47,814 bases of DNA from an uncultured Bacilli bacterium (GTDB lineage Bacteria > Bacillota_I > Bacilli_A > RF39 > UBA660): positions 1 through 47,814 of the forward strand of contig CALVOL010000002.1 in NCBI GenBank assembly GCA_944350285.1, written 5' to 3'. Positions 17,510 to 26,963 of this stretch are shown in pieces. Both the position numbers and the translations under genes were made by a program. Position 1 is the first letter of the stretch. Every line of letters starts with the position of its first letter. A model generated the notes under the pieces. The model was not told where the DNA came from, searched no databases, and saw nothing but the letters and a program-made list of their open reading frames with translations.

Positions 17510-20500
17510 TTATACTTCTAAATCATCAAGAATTAATTGAAGTAACTTTACAACGTCATAAATAAAATGCTTTTTTTGTTGTAACAAGTTAAGTGATATT
17601 GTAATTTTTTTATTTTCATATTTTAAAGTAAACTTAGGATTAATATTATATGCTTCCAAAAACAACTTATCGCCCTTTATTTGACTAGAAATTTCTTCTG
17701 GTAAAGTAATTGCAATAAGTCTTTGATTTTGTACTACTTCAGTAATATTCATCCGCTCAGCAAGTTTCTCAAACCATTCCTCATACATATATACTTCCAT
17801 TTGAGGAGTTACTTGACCAAAACGATCAATAAGCTGTTCTTTTACATCAACAAGCTTTTTATAAGAATCAATTTCATTAATCATTTGATGTATCTCAATT
17901 TTTACTGTTTCATCAGACACATAATTATCTTCAATATGTGTTTCTACGCGAATTAAAAAATCTCCAGAATCTTCCTCTTCTACATATTCTCCCTTAAGTC
18001 TCTTCATTTCTTCTTCAATCATCTTCATATAAAGACTAATACCAACAGTATCTACAAAACCTGCCTGCTCACTTCCAAGCAAATCTCCTGCTCCCCGAAT
18101 CGACAAATCTCGCATTGCTATCTTGTATCCACTACCAAGTTCTGTAAAATCCCGAATTGCTTGCAATCTTTTTACAGCAATATCATTTAACATTTTAGTC
18201 CTATTATATAAAAGATAAGCATAAGCAATCCTGTCACTTCGTCCAACACGACCTCTTAATTGATAAAGCTGACTTAGTCCAAAACAATCTGCATCATAAA
18301 TAATAAGCGTATTTGCATTTGGTATATCAATTCCTGTTTCAATAATTGTCGTACTTACCAAAATATCAAAATCATGATTAATAAAACTTGTCATAATATC
18401 GTCTAACTCCATCTTTGACATCTGTCCATGAGCATAACGAATACGTGCTTCTGGCACTAATTTAGAAATATGATTTTGCATATCCTCTATAGTTTCAACT
18501 CGATTATATAAAACAAAAACTTGACCTTCGCGTGACAATTCTTTATAAATAGCATCTCTTACAATAAGATCACTTTCTTGAATCACATAGGTTTGTACCG
18601 GAGAACGATTCACAGGTGGAGTATCAATGATAGATAGGTCACGAAGACCAGATAAACTCATCTTAAGAGTTCGGGGAATTGGTGTTGCCGATAAAGTTAA
18701 AACATTCACATCCTCTTTTAATTTCTTTATTTTTTCTTTATGAGTAACACCAAAACGTTGCTCCTCATCAACAACCAACAATCCTAACTGCTTTGGTTTT
18801 AATTGATCACTAAGTAATCGATGTGTCCCAAATAAAATATCAATCTTACCCGATGCATACTCCTCTAAAATAATCCGGGCCTCTTTAGGAGTTGTAAAAC
18901 GATTAAATAAACGAATCTCTATCGGATAATTTCGAAATCGTTCAAGAGCTGATTCATACTGTTGTTTCGACAAAATGGTTGTCGGACAAAGATACATTAC
19001 CTGTCTATTATTACAAACTGTTTTAAACATAGCCCGAAACGCCACTTCTGTTTTACCAAAACCAACATCACCACAAAGTAATCGGTCCATAGGAACTGTG
19101 GAATCCAAATCATGCTTAATATCATCAATAGCTCTTAATTGATCCCTTGTCTCATCATATTGAAACTGTGAAGCAAACACATCTTCTTCTGCATAATCCT
19201 TATAAGCTTCCCCAACAATACTATTTCGTTTGGCATAAAGCTTAACAAGCTCTCCTGAAATATCTCGTATTTTCTTTTGAACTTGTTGTTTTTTCTTTTG
19301 CCAACTAACAGAGTCCAACTTATTAATTTGAGGTTTCATCCCATCCTTATCACTATATTTATAAATAGTTGAAATTTTTTCAACTGGAACATATACCTTA
19401 TCATTTCCCAAATAAGATATTTGCAAAAAATCCTTTTTCATTCCTTGTACAGTCAAAGTAATAACTCCAGCATAAATACCAATTCCATGAGTTCTATGTA
19501 CAACATAATCTCCAACTTGCAAAGAATCTAATTCTCGAATTTTCTTGCCAATATGCAAATTATTTTTATAACGAACCTCAGTCTTGACCTCTTCGATATC
19601 ATATGGACTAATAACTACAAAATTATCCCAAAGAAACCCTTTATATAACTTTCCTTTGACAATATTAACAACGCCCTCTTTAATATCAGAAAGAGGAACA
19701 ATAACTCCATCTACTAACTCTTTAATTTTATTGATTTGATTCGTTGTATCTAACACAAAAACAACTGTTTTTTTCTGAAATATTGACGTCTCAACATAAT
19801 CTTTTAACTTTTCATAATCAGATCGAAAATTAAAAAGTTCTTTTGTTTCAAAATGCATGACCTCTTTATCTAATGTTTGAGTAACCTGATTTAAATAAAG
19901 AGTATTAAAAGGCTTCAAATCTTCCATAGCCCAAAAATACTTTTTTTCTGTTCCTTGCTCTTTATTATAAAAAGAACTTTCTTCTAATAACTTTTCATAA
20001 CTAGCTATAATTTGTGGATATTCCATAAATAACGTAGTTGCGTCTGGCAAATAATTAAGTAAAGAACTATCGTTAGCTGTTTCAATTTCTTCAATTGGTC
20101 GGCATATGATTTCTTGAACCTCTTCCATCGTTCGTTGAGTCTCTGGATTAAAATAACGAATCGATTCAATATCATCTCCAAAAAATTCAATTCGGATAGG
20201 CAACTCTTCCTCAATTAAAAAGATATCTAAAACAAAACCACGCACAGCATACTCTCCTGTGCTAGTTACCATAGAATCTCTTTGATAACCTAATGACTCA
20301 AAGCGATTTACCAACTTATCTCGAGAAACCGACATTCCAGATTGAAGCGTTAACTTTAATTTTTCTTGTTCTACCCGCGAAGGAAGAAACTTTAAATATC
20401 CCATTAAATTAGTAACAACAATCGATTTTCCATTAGAAATTTTATCCAAGGTTTCTAATCTCTTCAATTTTAACTCAGGGGAAACAGCAAGCGCTACGGA

Positions 20501-20716
20501 AGTAAAAAAGTCATCCATTGGAAATAAATAAACATCAGAAGAATACCGACTTAATACCTTAAAAAACTTATTCGCATCATATAAATTAGCGGTAACTACA
20601 ACAATCGAACGATGCTCTTTCTTAAAACATTCTAACACGTAAAAAGCGGATAACTCTTCTGTTAACCCTTCACTAATAGTACCATTCACAAAACAAAATT
20701 GATCAAATAGATTCAT
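17510..20716 (-). CDS. mfd: Transcription-repair coupling factor Mfd
   Basis: 1068-aa ORF with the RNAP-interaction motif GDYVVHRTHGIG and helicase motifs GDVGFGKTEVA, VVDEEQRFG and LRGRVGRS. It follows pth, matching conserved synteny. Confidence 0.96.
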   Translation of the reverse strand: MNLFDQFCFVNGTISEGLTEELSAFYVLECFKKEHRSIVVVTANLYDANKFFKVLSRYSSDVYLFPMDDFFTSVALAVSPELKLKRLETLDKISNGKSIVVTNLMGYLKFLPSRVEQEKLKLTLQSGMSVSRDKLVNRFESLGYQRDSMVTSTGEYAVRGFVLDIFLIEEELPIRIEFFGDDIESIRYFNPETQRTMEEVQEIICRPIEEIETANDSSLLNYLPDATTLFMEYPQIIASYEKLLEESSFYNKEQGTEKKYFWAMEDLKPFNTLYLNQVTQTLDKEVMHFETKELFNFRSDYEKLKDYVETSIFQKKTVVFVLDTTNQINKIKELVDGVIVPLSDIKEGVVNIVKGKLYKGFLWDNFVVISPYDIEEVKTEVRYKNNLHIGKKIRELDSLQVGDYVVHRTHGIGIYAGVITLTVQGMKKDFLQISYLGNDKVYVPVEKISTIYKYSDKDGMKPQINKLDSVSWQKKKQQVQKKIRDISGELVKLYAKRNSIVGEAYKDYAEEDVFASQFQYDETRDQLRAIDDIKHDLDSTVPMDRLLCGDVGFGKTEVAFRAMFKTVCNNRQVMYLCPTTILSKQQYESALERFRNYPIEIRLFNRFTTPKEARIILEEYASGKIDILFGTHRLLSDQLKPKQLGLLVVDEEQRFGVTHKEKIKKLKEDVNVLTLSATPIPRTLKMSLSGLRDLSIIDTPPVNRSPVQTYVIQESDLIVRDAIYKELSREGQVFVLYNRVETIEDMQNHISKLVPEARIRYAHGQMSKMELDDIMTSFINHDFDILVSTTIIETGIDIPNANTLIIYDADCFGLSQLYQLRGRVGRSDRIAYAYLLYNRTKMLNDIAVKRLQAIRDFTELGSGYKIAMRDLSIRGAGDLLGSEQAGFVDTVGISLYMKMIEEEMKRLKGEYVEEEDSGDFLIRVETHIEDNYVSDETVKIEIHQMINEIDSYKKLVDVKEQLIDRFGQVTPQMEVYMYEEWFEKLAERMNITEVVQNQRLIAITLPEEISSQIKGDKLFLEAYNINPKFTLKYENKKITISLNLLQQKKHFIYDVVKLLQLILDDLEV

Positions 20717-20724
20717 AAATATCC

Positions 20725-21276
20725 CTACTTACTATTAAATAAATTCATAGTTTTAGAAATTCCCTCAGATAAAAAGGATAAAATAATATTTTGATAAACA
20801 GAATATTGATCTTTTAAAATGTTTAATTCCTGTTTTGAAAAAGTTCCTAATACATAATCTTTCGTATCCATACTTCTATCATGAGCGATTCCTATTTTTA
20901 ACCTTGCAAAATTTTGTGTTCCAAGTGAACTAATAATTGACTTAATTCCATTATGTCCCCCAGAAGAACTATCTATTTTACAACGATATTTTCCAAAAGG
21001 CAAATCCATATCATCTTGAATCACTAAGATATCTTCGATAGAAATTTTATAATAATCAACAAGTTTACGAACAGCAATACCACTTAAATTCATAAAAGTC
21101 GTTGGTTTTACAAACAAAACAGCTACCCCATCGATACAGTCTTTCTTAATATAAGCTTGAAACTTCTTTTCTAAAGTAAAATCATGCACAAAAGAATCCA
21201 AAACCATAAATCCAACATTATGTCTCGTATTTTGATATTCTTTCCCAACATTTCCCAATCCAACCACTAATTTCAT
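20725..21276 (-). CDS. pth: Peptidyl-tRNA hydrolase
   Basis: MKLVVGLGNVGKEYQNTRHNVGF is a canonical Pth N-terminus. The start is placed at this Met, 9 nt after the GGAAAGG SD. The ORF track extends 6 codons further from a TTG. Confidence 0.93.
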   Translation of the reverse strand: MKLVVGLGNVGKEYQNTRHNVGFMVLDSFVHDFTLEKKFQAYIKKDCIDGVAVLFVKPTTFMNLSGIAVRKLVDYYKISIEDILVIQDDMDLPFGKYRCKIDSSSGGHNGIKSIISSLGTQNFARLKIGIAHDRSMDTKDYVLGTFSKQELNILKDQYSVYQNIILSFLSEGISKTMNLFNSK

Positions 21277-21292
21277 GTATTTCATCCTTTCC

Positions 21293-21318
21293 AAAATTAT
21301 TTCCCGGGAAATAATTTT
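21293..21318. promoter_or_regulatory. NBS palindrome, 26-bp extended form AAAATTATTTCCCGGGAAATAATTTT
   Basis: Perfect 26-bp palindrome spanning the methyltransferase stop codon and the pth SD region. Confidence 0.7.
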
Positions 21319-22027
21319 ATTTTCTAAATATATTTTGATAACTTTCTTTATTTTCTATAGATAAAAAAGGTTTTACTTTACACCCAAATTTACCATCTTT
21401 CACAAGACAAACTAAAACAATAATTGGTGCTTCACTATCTTTAGATGATATAAACTGTATCTCCTTGATAGAAAAACCGTACTGATGGGCATACACGCAA
21501 ATTTCTTCGATACGTTCTGGAATATGTACTAAATAAAACCTTCCTTTAGCTTTTAATAAATAACTAGTTACTTTAATAAGTTGTTCTAAAGAAATCTTTA
21601 ATTCATGTCTGGCAATACCTTTCATAAGATTATCATTCACAAAATGCGTATGATGATACTTAAAATAAGGTGGATTCGATAAAACAACATCAAAATTATT
21701 TCCCGGGAAATAATTTTTTAACGCTAAAACATCGTCATTTATTATCTTAATTAATGATTCCATTGAATTATAAATCACTGACTCTTTAGCAAGATTAGCG
21801 ATCTCTTCTTGAATTTCCACGCCAATAACCTTTTTTTGATATTTGTGAGCCAATAAGATAGGAATGACTCCATTACCAGTACATAAATCTATAATTTGTT
21901 GATCATCTTTTTTAATAGTTGCAAACTCTGCTAACAAAATAGAATCTAAAGAAAATTTAAACCCATCTTGAAACTGATAAATTTTTAAATTAGGATAATC
22001 ATATAACCAATTAAGAACCTTTTTCAT
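21317..22027 (-). CDS. SAM-dependent N6-adenine methyltransferase, YabB/TrmN6-like (tRNA1(Val) m6A37 type)
   Basis: 236-aa ORF with the SAM motif DLCTGNGVIP and the catalytic NPPY (VLSNPPYFKY). Confidence 0.8.
   Translation of the reverse strand: MKKVLNWLYDYPNLKIYQFQDGFKFSLDSILLAEFATIKKDDQQIIDLCTGNGVIPILLAHKYQKKVIGVEIQEEIANLAKESVIYNSMESLIKIINDDVLALKNYFPGNNFDVVLSNPPYFKYHHTHFVNDNLMKGIARHELKISLEQLIKVTSYLLKAKGRFYLVHIPERIEEICVYAHQYGFSIKEIQFISSKDSEAPIIVLVCLVKDGKFGCKVKPFLSIENKESYQNIFRK
21692..21717. promoter_or_regulatory. NBS palindrome, 26-bp form, inside the methyltransferase gene
   Basis: Identical 26-mer to the one at 21293-21318. It is read as K-N-Y-F-P-G-N-N-F just upstream of the NPPY motif. 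Confidence 0.7.
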
Positions 22028-22799
22028 CTAAATATATTTCCTTTACTTCATCGTTCACTACAACTTTATAACGACGATTTAAAATATCAATACTAATAAC
22101 AGTTCCAGTTCCATAAGGTGTTTCCATTACTGCTCCAACACTAGGCATTCCATTAGAACATTCTTCATATTGTTCATCTTCATAAGCTAAACAACATAAA
22201 AGCCTACCACAACACCCATTAATTTTAGATGGGTTAAGAGCCAAATTCTGATTTTTAGCCATACTCATAGAAACAGAATCCATATGACTTAAAAAAGAAG
22301 AGCAACAAAGTTCACGACCACAAATACCAACTCCGCCTATATTACTCGCTTTATCACGCGCTCCAACTTGGCGAAGTTCTATTCTAGTATGATAAATACT
22401 AGCTAATTTACGAGCAAGTTCACGAAAATCCACTCTTTCATCTGCATAAAAATTAAAAAGTAACTGCTTTCTATCAAAAGTAAAACTTGCATCAATAAAG
22501 TTCATTTGAAGATCTAACTCCGTACTGAATTCCTTAGCTTTTCCTAACGCTTCTTTGGCATCTTTTAAATTAGTCAAATACTGTTCATAATCCTTTTTGG
22601 TAGCAATACGAATAATATTTTTTAAAGATTCTTTATCTATTTTCATATCAGTTTGTTTCAATTTTGAAACAACTCTTCCAAATTGAAGACCACGCTCCGT
22701 ATCAACAATAACAGTAACACGTAATGGAATTCGTAAATTTTGACCATTGAAATAATATACTTTTCCATGATCTTTAAAACTTACACCATAAATATTCAT
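22011..22799 (-). CDS. ricT: PSP1-domain protein RicT/YaaT
   Basis: 262-aa ORF with Cys clusters GICGRELCCSSFL and GCCGRLLCCLAYE. It follows holB as in B. subtilis and overlaps the next gene by 17 nt. Confidence 0.9.
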   Translation of the reverse strand: MNIYGVSFKDHGKVYYFNGQNLRIPLRVTVIVDTERGLQFGRVVSKLKQTDMKIDKESLKNIIRIATKKDYEQYLTNLKDAKEALGKAKEFSTELDLQMNFIDASFTFDRKQLLFNFYADERVDFRELARKLASIYHTRIELRQVGARDKASNIGGVGICGRELCCSSFLSHMDSVSMSMAKNQNLALNPSKINGCCGRLLCCLAYEDEQYEECSNGMPSVGAVMETPYGTGTVISIDILNRRYKVVVNDEVKEIYLDEKGS

Positions 22800-23647
22800 T
22801 ATTTTTCACTCCCTTCTAATACAAATCGGTCTAAAATGAAAGAAATATTTAAATTATAATTTAATTCATCAAGAATTTCATTTAATAAATCAAGTCGTTT
22901 TAAAAAATATTGTTTATCTTTCTTTAATAAAAAACGTAACTCCTCTAAAGATTCATCTAATTCACCGAACGTCTTAGCCAAATATAATTGATGAAAAATA
23001 TCAAAAAGACTTTGAAATAAATATAAAAGTTCTTTTCTGTCATGAATTAAGGGAATTAAAACATCCTTATTATAAAGCATAGCACCATCAAAAGCCACTG
23101 CAATTTCTTTAATATAATTTATTGCAATAGATTTCCATACCTTAGGAATCGTATTATGTTCTCCTCCAGCATAATAATCTAATAAGATTTGACATCGACT
23201 GCGCACCGTATCAATAATATTTTCTTTATTATTAGTAATAAAAAATCCTAAAATATAATCCTCTGGTTCTTCAATAAACTTTAACATCGTATTAGCACTA
23301 GAAGCATTTAAACACTCAGCATTTTCTATAATATACACATTATATTTAGAAAATGTTGGTTTTGTTTGAAAAAGATGTTTTAATTCTAAAATTTGTTCTT
23401 TCTTAATCGTTGTCGTTTCTGGGGAAACAAATACTAAACTAGGTAAATTTCTAGTTTCTATCAAATGACAAAGATTACATTCCGTACAATCTTCGCGAAA
23501 TTCTTGAGGACAATTAATGACTTTTAAAAACTGCAATAAATTTTCAACACATTTTTCCTGATCATTTGTTTCAATCAAAAAAGCATGAGCCAAACATCCC
23601 TCACGATAACTAGTTAATAATTGTTGTACTGCCTCTTTTTCTTGCAC
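22799..23647 (-). CDS. holB: DNA polymerase III subunit delta prime
   Basis: 282-aa AAA+-like ORF with AHAFLIE, IIENAE..L and the SRCQ sensor. It lies upstream of ricT. Confidence 0.8.
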   Translation of the reverse strand: MQEKEAVQQLLTSYREGCLAHAFLIETNDQEKCVENLLQFLKVINCPQEFREDCTECNLCHLIETRNLPSLVFVSPETTTIKKEQILELKHLFQTKPTFSKYNVYIIENAECLNASSANTMLKFIEEPEDYILGFFITNNKENIIDTVRSRCQILLDYYAGGEHNTIPKVWKSIAINYIKEIAVAFDGAMLYNKDVLIPLIHDRKELLYLFQSLFDIFHQLYLAKTFGELDESLEELRFLLKKDKQYFLKRLDLLNEILDELNYNLNISFILDRFVLEGSEK

Positions 23648-23663
23648 ATGAATTCACCAATTA

Positions 23664-23852
23664 CTATTTTACAATAAAAAACAAAATAATTAAAGAAGAA
23701 AGCCCAGGAATTCCAAGCAAAGTAACGACGCCTACTGTAATAAAATTAATTGGAATATAAATATTTAGTGACGACAAAAAATAATTAAACGCATACAACA
23801 TTAAAAAAGCTAAAACAATTTTTCTAACCACATTATAAATTTTTTTCTTCAT
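23664..23852 (-). CDS. bofA: Pro-sigma-K processing inhibitor BofA
   Basis: 62-aa two-TM ORF ending GVVTLLGIPGLSSLIILFFIVK. It lies downstream of recR, as bofA does in B. subtilis. Confidence 0.7.
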   Translation of the reverse strand: MKKKIYNVVRKIVLAFLMLYAFNYFLSSLNIYIPINFITVGVVTLLGIPGLSSLIILFFIVK

Positions 23853-23894
23853 AGTAGAATCCCTCTACAAAAAAATATGAAAAAACATCGGTTT

Positions 23895-24500
23895 TTATTC
23901 CGATATTTTTTTACGATCCTCTAATGCTTTATCAATAGTAAACATATCCAAATAATCAATTTCTGCACCACTTGGAAGCCCATAAGAAAGTCTACTAATC
24001 GTGACACCTTGATTCTCAAAGATTTTTTTAATATATAGCGTAGTAGTTTCTCCCTCTATGGAACTTTTTAATGCTAAAATTAACTCCGGATGATCAAGCT
24101 TCTCAACCCTTTTTACAAGAGAATTCAAATTAATATCATCAGCCCCAATATTATCCATTGGAGAAATCAAATTATTTAAAACATGATAGACGCCTTTAAA
24201 ATTACCCGCTTTTTCAAATGCAAAAGCGCTTTTATAATCCTCTACCACACAAATCAAACTATGATCACGTAATTCATCTAAACAAATAGAACAAATTTCT
24301 TGATCAGTTAAATAACCACAAATAGAACAAGGTTTCAAATTTTTTTTAGCAAAAATTAACATTTGACTAGCACTTTCGAGCTCTTCTAAGGGAAGTTCCA
24401 AACTAGCCAAAGCCATCCTTTCTGCACTTTTTTCACCAATTCCTGGTAGCTTTTTAAAAAATTCTTTTAAAGATTCAAAAGATTCTGGATAAACAGCCAT
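23895..24500 (-). CDS. recR: Recombination protein RecR
   Basis: 201-aa ORF with HhH LPGIGEKSAERMA, the Cys4 finger CSICGY...CSIC and the Toprim ICVVED. Confidence 0.96.
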   Translation of the reverse strand: MAVYPESFESLKEFFKKLPGIGEKSAERMALASLELPLEELESASQMLIFAKKNLKPCSICGYLTDQEICSICLDELRDHSLICVVEDYKSAFAFEKAGNFKGVYHVLNNLISPMDNIGADDINLNSLVKRVEKLDHPELILALKSSIEGETTTLYIKKIFENQGVTISRLSYGLPSGAEIDYLDMFTIDKALEDRKKISE

Positions 24501-24501
24501 A

Positions 24502-24798
24502 TTACATCAAACCATCTAACATACCAGCATATTGTCCTAATTTAGCTTCATACTCTTTTTCAATTTTTTGAATAGAATCCTTTACTGCCATAATAATAAA
24601 GTCTTCTAGCATTTCAATATCTTCTTTTGCTAATTCTTCTTTGTTAATCTTACAACTAACCATTTCTTTCTTACCATTTAAAGTAACTTCTACAAATTCA
24701 TATTTCCCGGGAAATAATTGCCCGCTTATTTCATCTTTCTTTTTTTGTAAATCTCTTTGCATTCTTTGTGCTTGTTGCATAATACTTTGCATATTCAT
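24502..24798 (-). CDS. ybaB: Nucleoid-associated protein YbaB/EbfC (YaaK)
   Basis: 98-aa ORF with an M/Q-rich N-terminus MQSIMQQAQRMQRDLQKKKDE and a dimerisation core. Synteny is dnaX-ybaB-recR. Confidence 0.92.
   Translation of the reverse strand: MNMQSIMQQAQRMQRDLQKKKDEISGQLFPGKYEFVEVTLNGKKEMVSCKINKEELAKEDIEMLEDFIIMAVKDSIQKIEKEYEAKLGQYAGMLDGLM
24701..24716. promoter_or_regulatory. NBS palindrome TATTTCCCGGGAAATA, inside ybaB
   Basis: Perfect 16-bp palindrome. The higher-coordinate arm continues to match the extended consensus (..AATT). It is read as L-F-P-G-K-Y in ybaB. Confidence 0.7.
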
Positions 24799-24819
24799 AG
24801 TTTTTTCCTTCTTTCTTTT

Positions 24820-26469
24820 TTATATTAATTCTATTTTATCACGACTAAACACATTTGTCGCGACAAATTCTAAATCTGATTGAGATTTAGGCTTTAAATT
24901 TTCTATAGATTCTTCTGAAATAATAGCATATGGTTCTTTATTCTTTAAATGCGTTACATAAATTTGTTTTTCTTTTACCCATTCATCCTCAGATAAGCAA
25001 ATAAAATGGATCTTCTTAGAAAAGAAATTTTCAACTTCTTGACTTAAATCATCCAATTTACTATTAATTAAATTAACGGTACTGGAAAGATTAGACGTTA
25101 AAATACAATAATCAGAAGAAGAAGCTACAATATTCGAATCTAAAATAAGCGATAGTATATCTGGCTTTAAATCTAATCCTTGCTTTAAATCTTGCCATAT
25201 TTTTTGATATTCAATCAAAACATCTTTCTTAGCGCCAGCAAAACAATTATTAATTCTGATTTTACTTAATTCTTCAAAATAATGTTTATATTCTTCTTTT
25301 TCTTTCAAATTAGCATTAGTTTCTTCTGGTTTTTCTTCAATTTGACTAATAGAGACAACACTTTCAGGTTCACTCTTTATAACAACATTTTCTTTATTTT
25401 TCGATGTATTATTTAACGTTACAATTTCAGTTGTATTAAAACCCATATGATCTAATAGAATAAGTTCTATCAGCAAAAATGGATTCACATTAATGTTTAT
25501 TTTATTCATACATTCATTCAATTCAAAAATAATGCCCTTTACTTGACTATAATCTAAACCACTAGAATTAAGATTTTGTTTCAATTCTATAGCAATATGA
25601 GATAACTCTTGAACTAATTTTTTAATAAAAATTTTATAATCAGAAGAAGAATTTTGTAAATCCTTAATAGCATTTTCTATCGCATCAACATTATTTTCTT
25701 CTATATTTTGAATTAAATCACGAATAAATTTTGTAGAAATAGACCCATAATTAGCCAAAATTTTATCTACTGTAATCTTCTCACGATTAGAAGATAGCTG
25801 ATCCAAAAGACTTAATGCATCTCTCATACCACCCTCAGATAAATAAGCAATTTCTTCTATCGCTTCCTCATCTATCTCGATATTTTCCTGTTCACACACA
25901 TAAGAAATTTGCTTTTTTAAGTCTTCCATTGAAAATTTACGGAAATTAAACCTTTGACATCTAGATAAAATCGTAATAGGAACACTTTCTACATTCGTCG
26001 TAGCCATAATAAAAATAGCATGACTAGGAGGTTCTTCAAGTGTTAATAATAAGGCATTAAAAGCACTGGAAGTCATCATATGAACCTCATCAATAATATA
26101 AATTTTGTATTTTCCCTCTGTTGGAGCAATCTTTACATTATTAATAAGTTCCCTAATATCATCAACACCATTATTAGAAGCCGCATCAATCTCTATAATA
26201 TCCGGACTGGAATCAAAAGATAAACAACTTGGACATTTACCACAAGCTTCACCATTTTCAATATGCTGACAATTAATTGTTTTAGCAAAAACCTTTGCAG
26301 TACTTGTCTTTCCTGTTCCGCGAGGGCCAGTAAACAAATAAGCATGCGATATTTGATTATGAATAATTGCATTTTGAAGCATTTTAATCGTATAATCCTG
26401 ACCTATAATATTTTTAAAACAATCTGGTCGATATTTTCGATACAAAACTTTATATTCCATGCTGAACAA
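24820..26469 (-). CDS. dnaX: DNA polymerase III subunits gamma/tau
   Basis: 549-aa ORF with Walker A GPRGTGKTS, IIDEVHM, a zinc module CGKCPSC and SRCQRF. The start may be Met4 (26460). Confidence 0.96.
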   Translation of the reverse strand: MFSMEYKVLYRKYRPDCFKNIIGQDYTIKMLQNAIIHNQISHAYLFTGPRGTGKTSTAKVFAKTINCQHIENGEACGKCPSCLSFDSSPDIIEIDAASNNGVDDIRELINNVKIAPTEGKYKIYIIDEVHMMTSSAFNALLLTLEEPPSHAIFIMATTNVESVPITILSRCQRFNFRKFSMEDLKKQISYVCEQENIEIDEEAIEEIAYLSEGGMRDALSLLDQLSSNREKITVDKILANYGSISTKFIRDLIQNIEENNVDAIENAIKDLQNSSSDYKIFIKKLVQELSHIAIELKQNLNSSGLDYSQVKGIIFELNECMNKININVNPFLLIELILLDHMGFNTTEIVTLNNTSKNKENVVIKSEPESVVSISQIEEKPEETNANLKEKEEYKHYFEELSKIRINNCFAGAKKDVLIEYQKIWQDLKQGLDLKPDILSLILDSNIVASSSDYCILTSNLSSTVNLINSKLDDLSQEVENFFSKKIHFICLSEDEWVKEKQIYVTHLKNKEPYAIISEESIENLKPKSQSDLEFVATNVFSRDKIELI

Positions 26470-26515
26470 ACCTCCATATAAGCATAACTATTATACCAAA
26501 TATCAAAAAAGAACA

Positions 26516-26944
26516 CTATCTTTTTTGTTGAAAAAATGATTTAAGTAATTTATGATACATTTGTTCGTGTTCGTTTTCGTCATTTTCATAAAATTTTACA
26601 AATTTTGTCTTTGAAAATTCTTTTTTATAGTCCAATTTATCCAAAAGATAGTAAACATTAGCAATTCTGGACTGTTTAATCACTTCATAACACATAGAAC
26701 AAGGCTTTAATGTAACATAAATGCTGCAATCTGATAAATTCCATCGTTTTAAACGTTCTGAAGCTTGAAGAATAACATTTATTTCTGCATGTCCTAAAAT
26801 ATTATGCTCTATTTCACGAGTATTATGAGCAGAAGCCAATATTTCATTATCCTTAACCAAAACAGCACCAATTGGAACATCTCCTTGATTATAGCTAATT
26901 TTTGCCTCACTTATACACAAATCCCATATTTCTTCTATTTTCAT
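26516..26944 (-). CDS. tadA: tRNA-specific adenosine deaminase TadA
   Basis: Deaminase motifs HAE (GHAEINV) and PCSMC. The start is placed at MKIEEIW, after a GGGAG SD. The ORF-track extension to 26971 would overlap the SRP RNA. Confidence 0.9.
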   Translation of the reverse strand: MKIEEIWDLCISEAKISYNQGDVPIGAVLVKDNEILASAHNTREIEHNILGHAEINVILQASERLKRWNLSDCSIYVTLKPCSMCYEVIKQSRIANVYYLLDKLDYKKEFSKTKFVKFYENDENEHEQMYHKLLKSFFQQKR

Positions 26945-26963
26945 AAAATTCTCCCAAAAAAAA

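Noticed and set aside
15702-24716. The TTTCCCGGGAAA palindromes read as a MITE/REP-type mobile repeat, restriction-site (SmaI-type) artefacts, or plain bidirectional terminators.
   Set aside because: Three of the five copies lie in frame within essential genes without disrupting them, so they are not insertions. The conserved sequence extends well beyond CCCGGG. The 16-bp core matches the known Noc-binding site. A terminator or attenuator side-role for the two intergenic copies is kept as a hypothesis in the findings.
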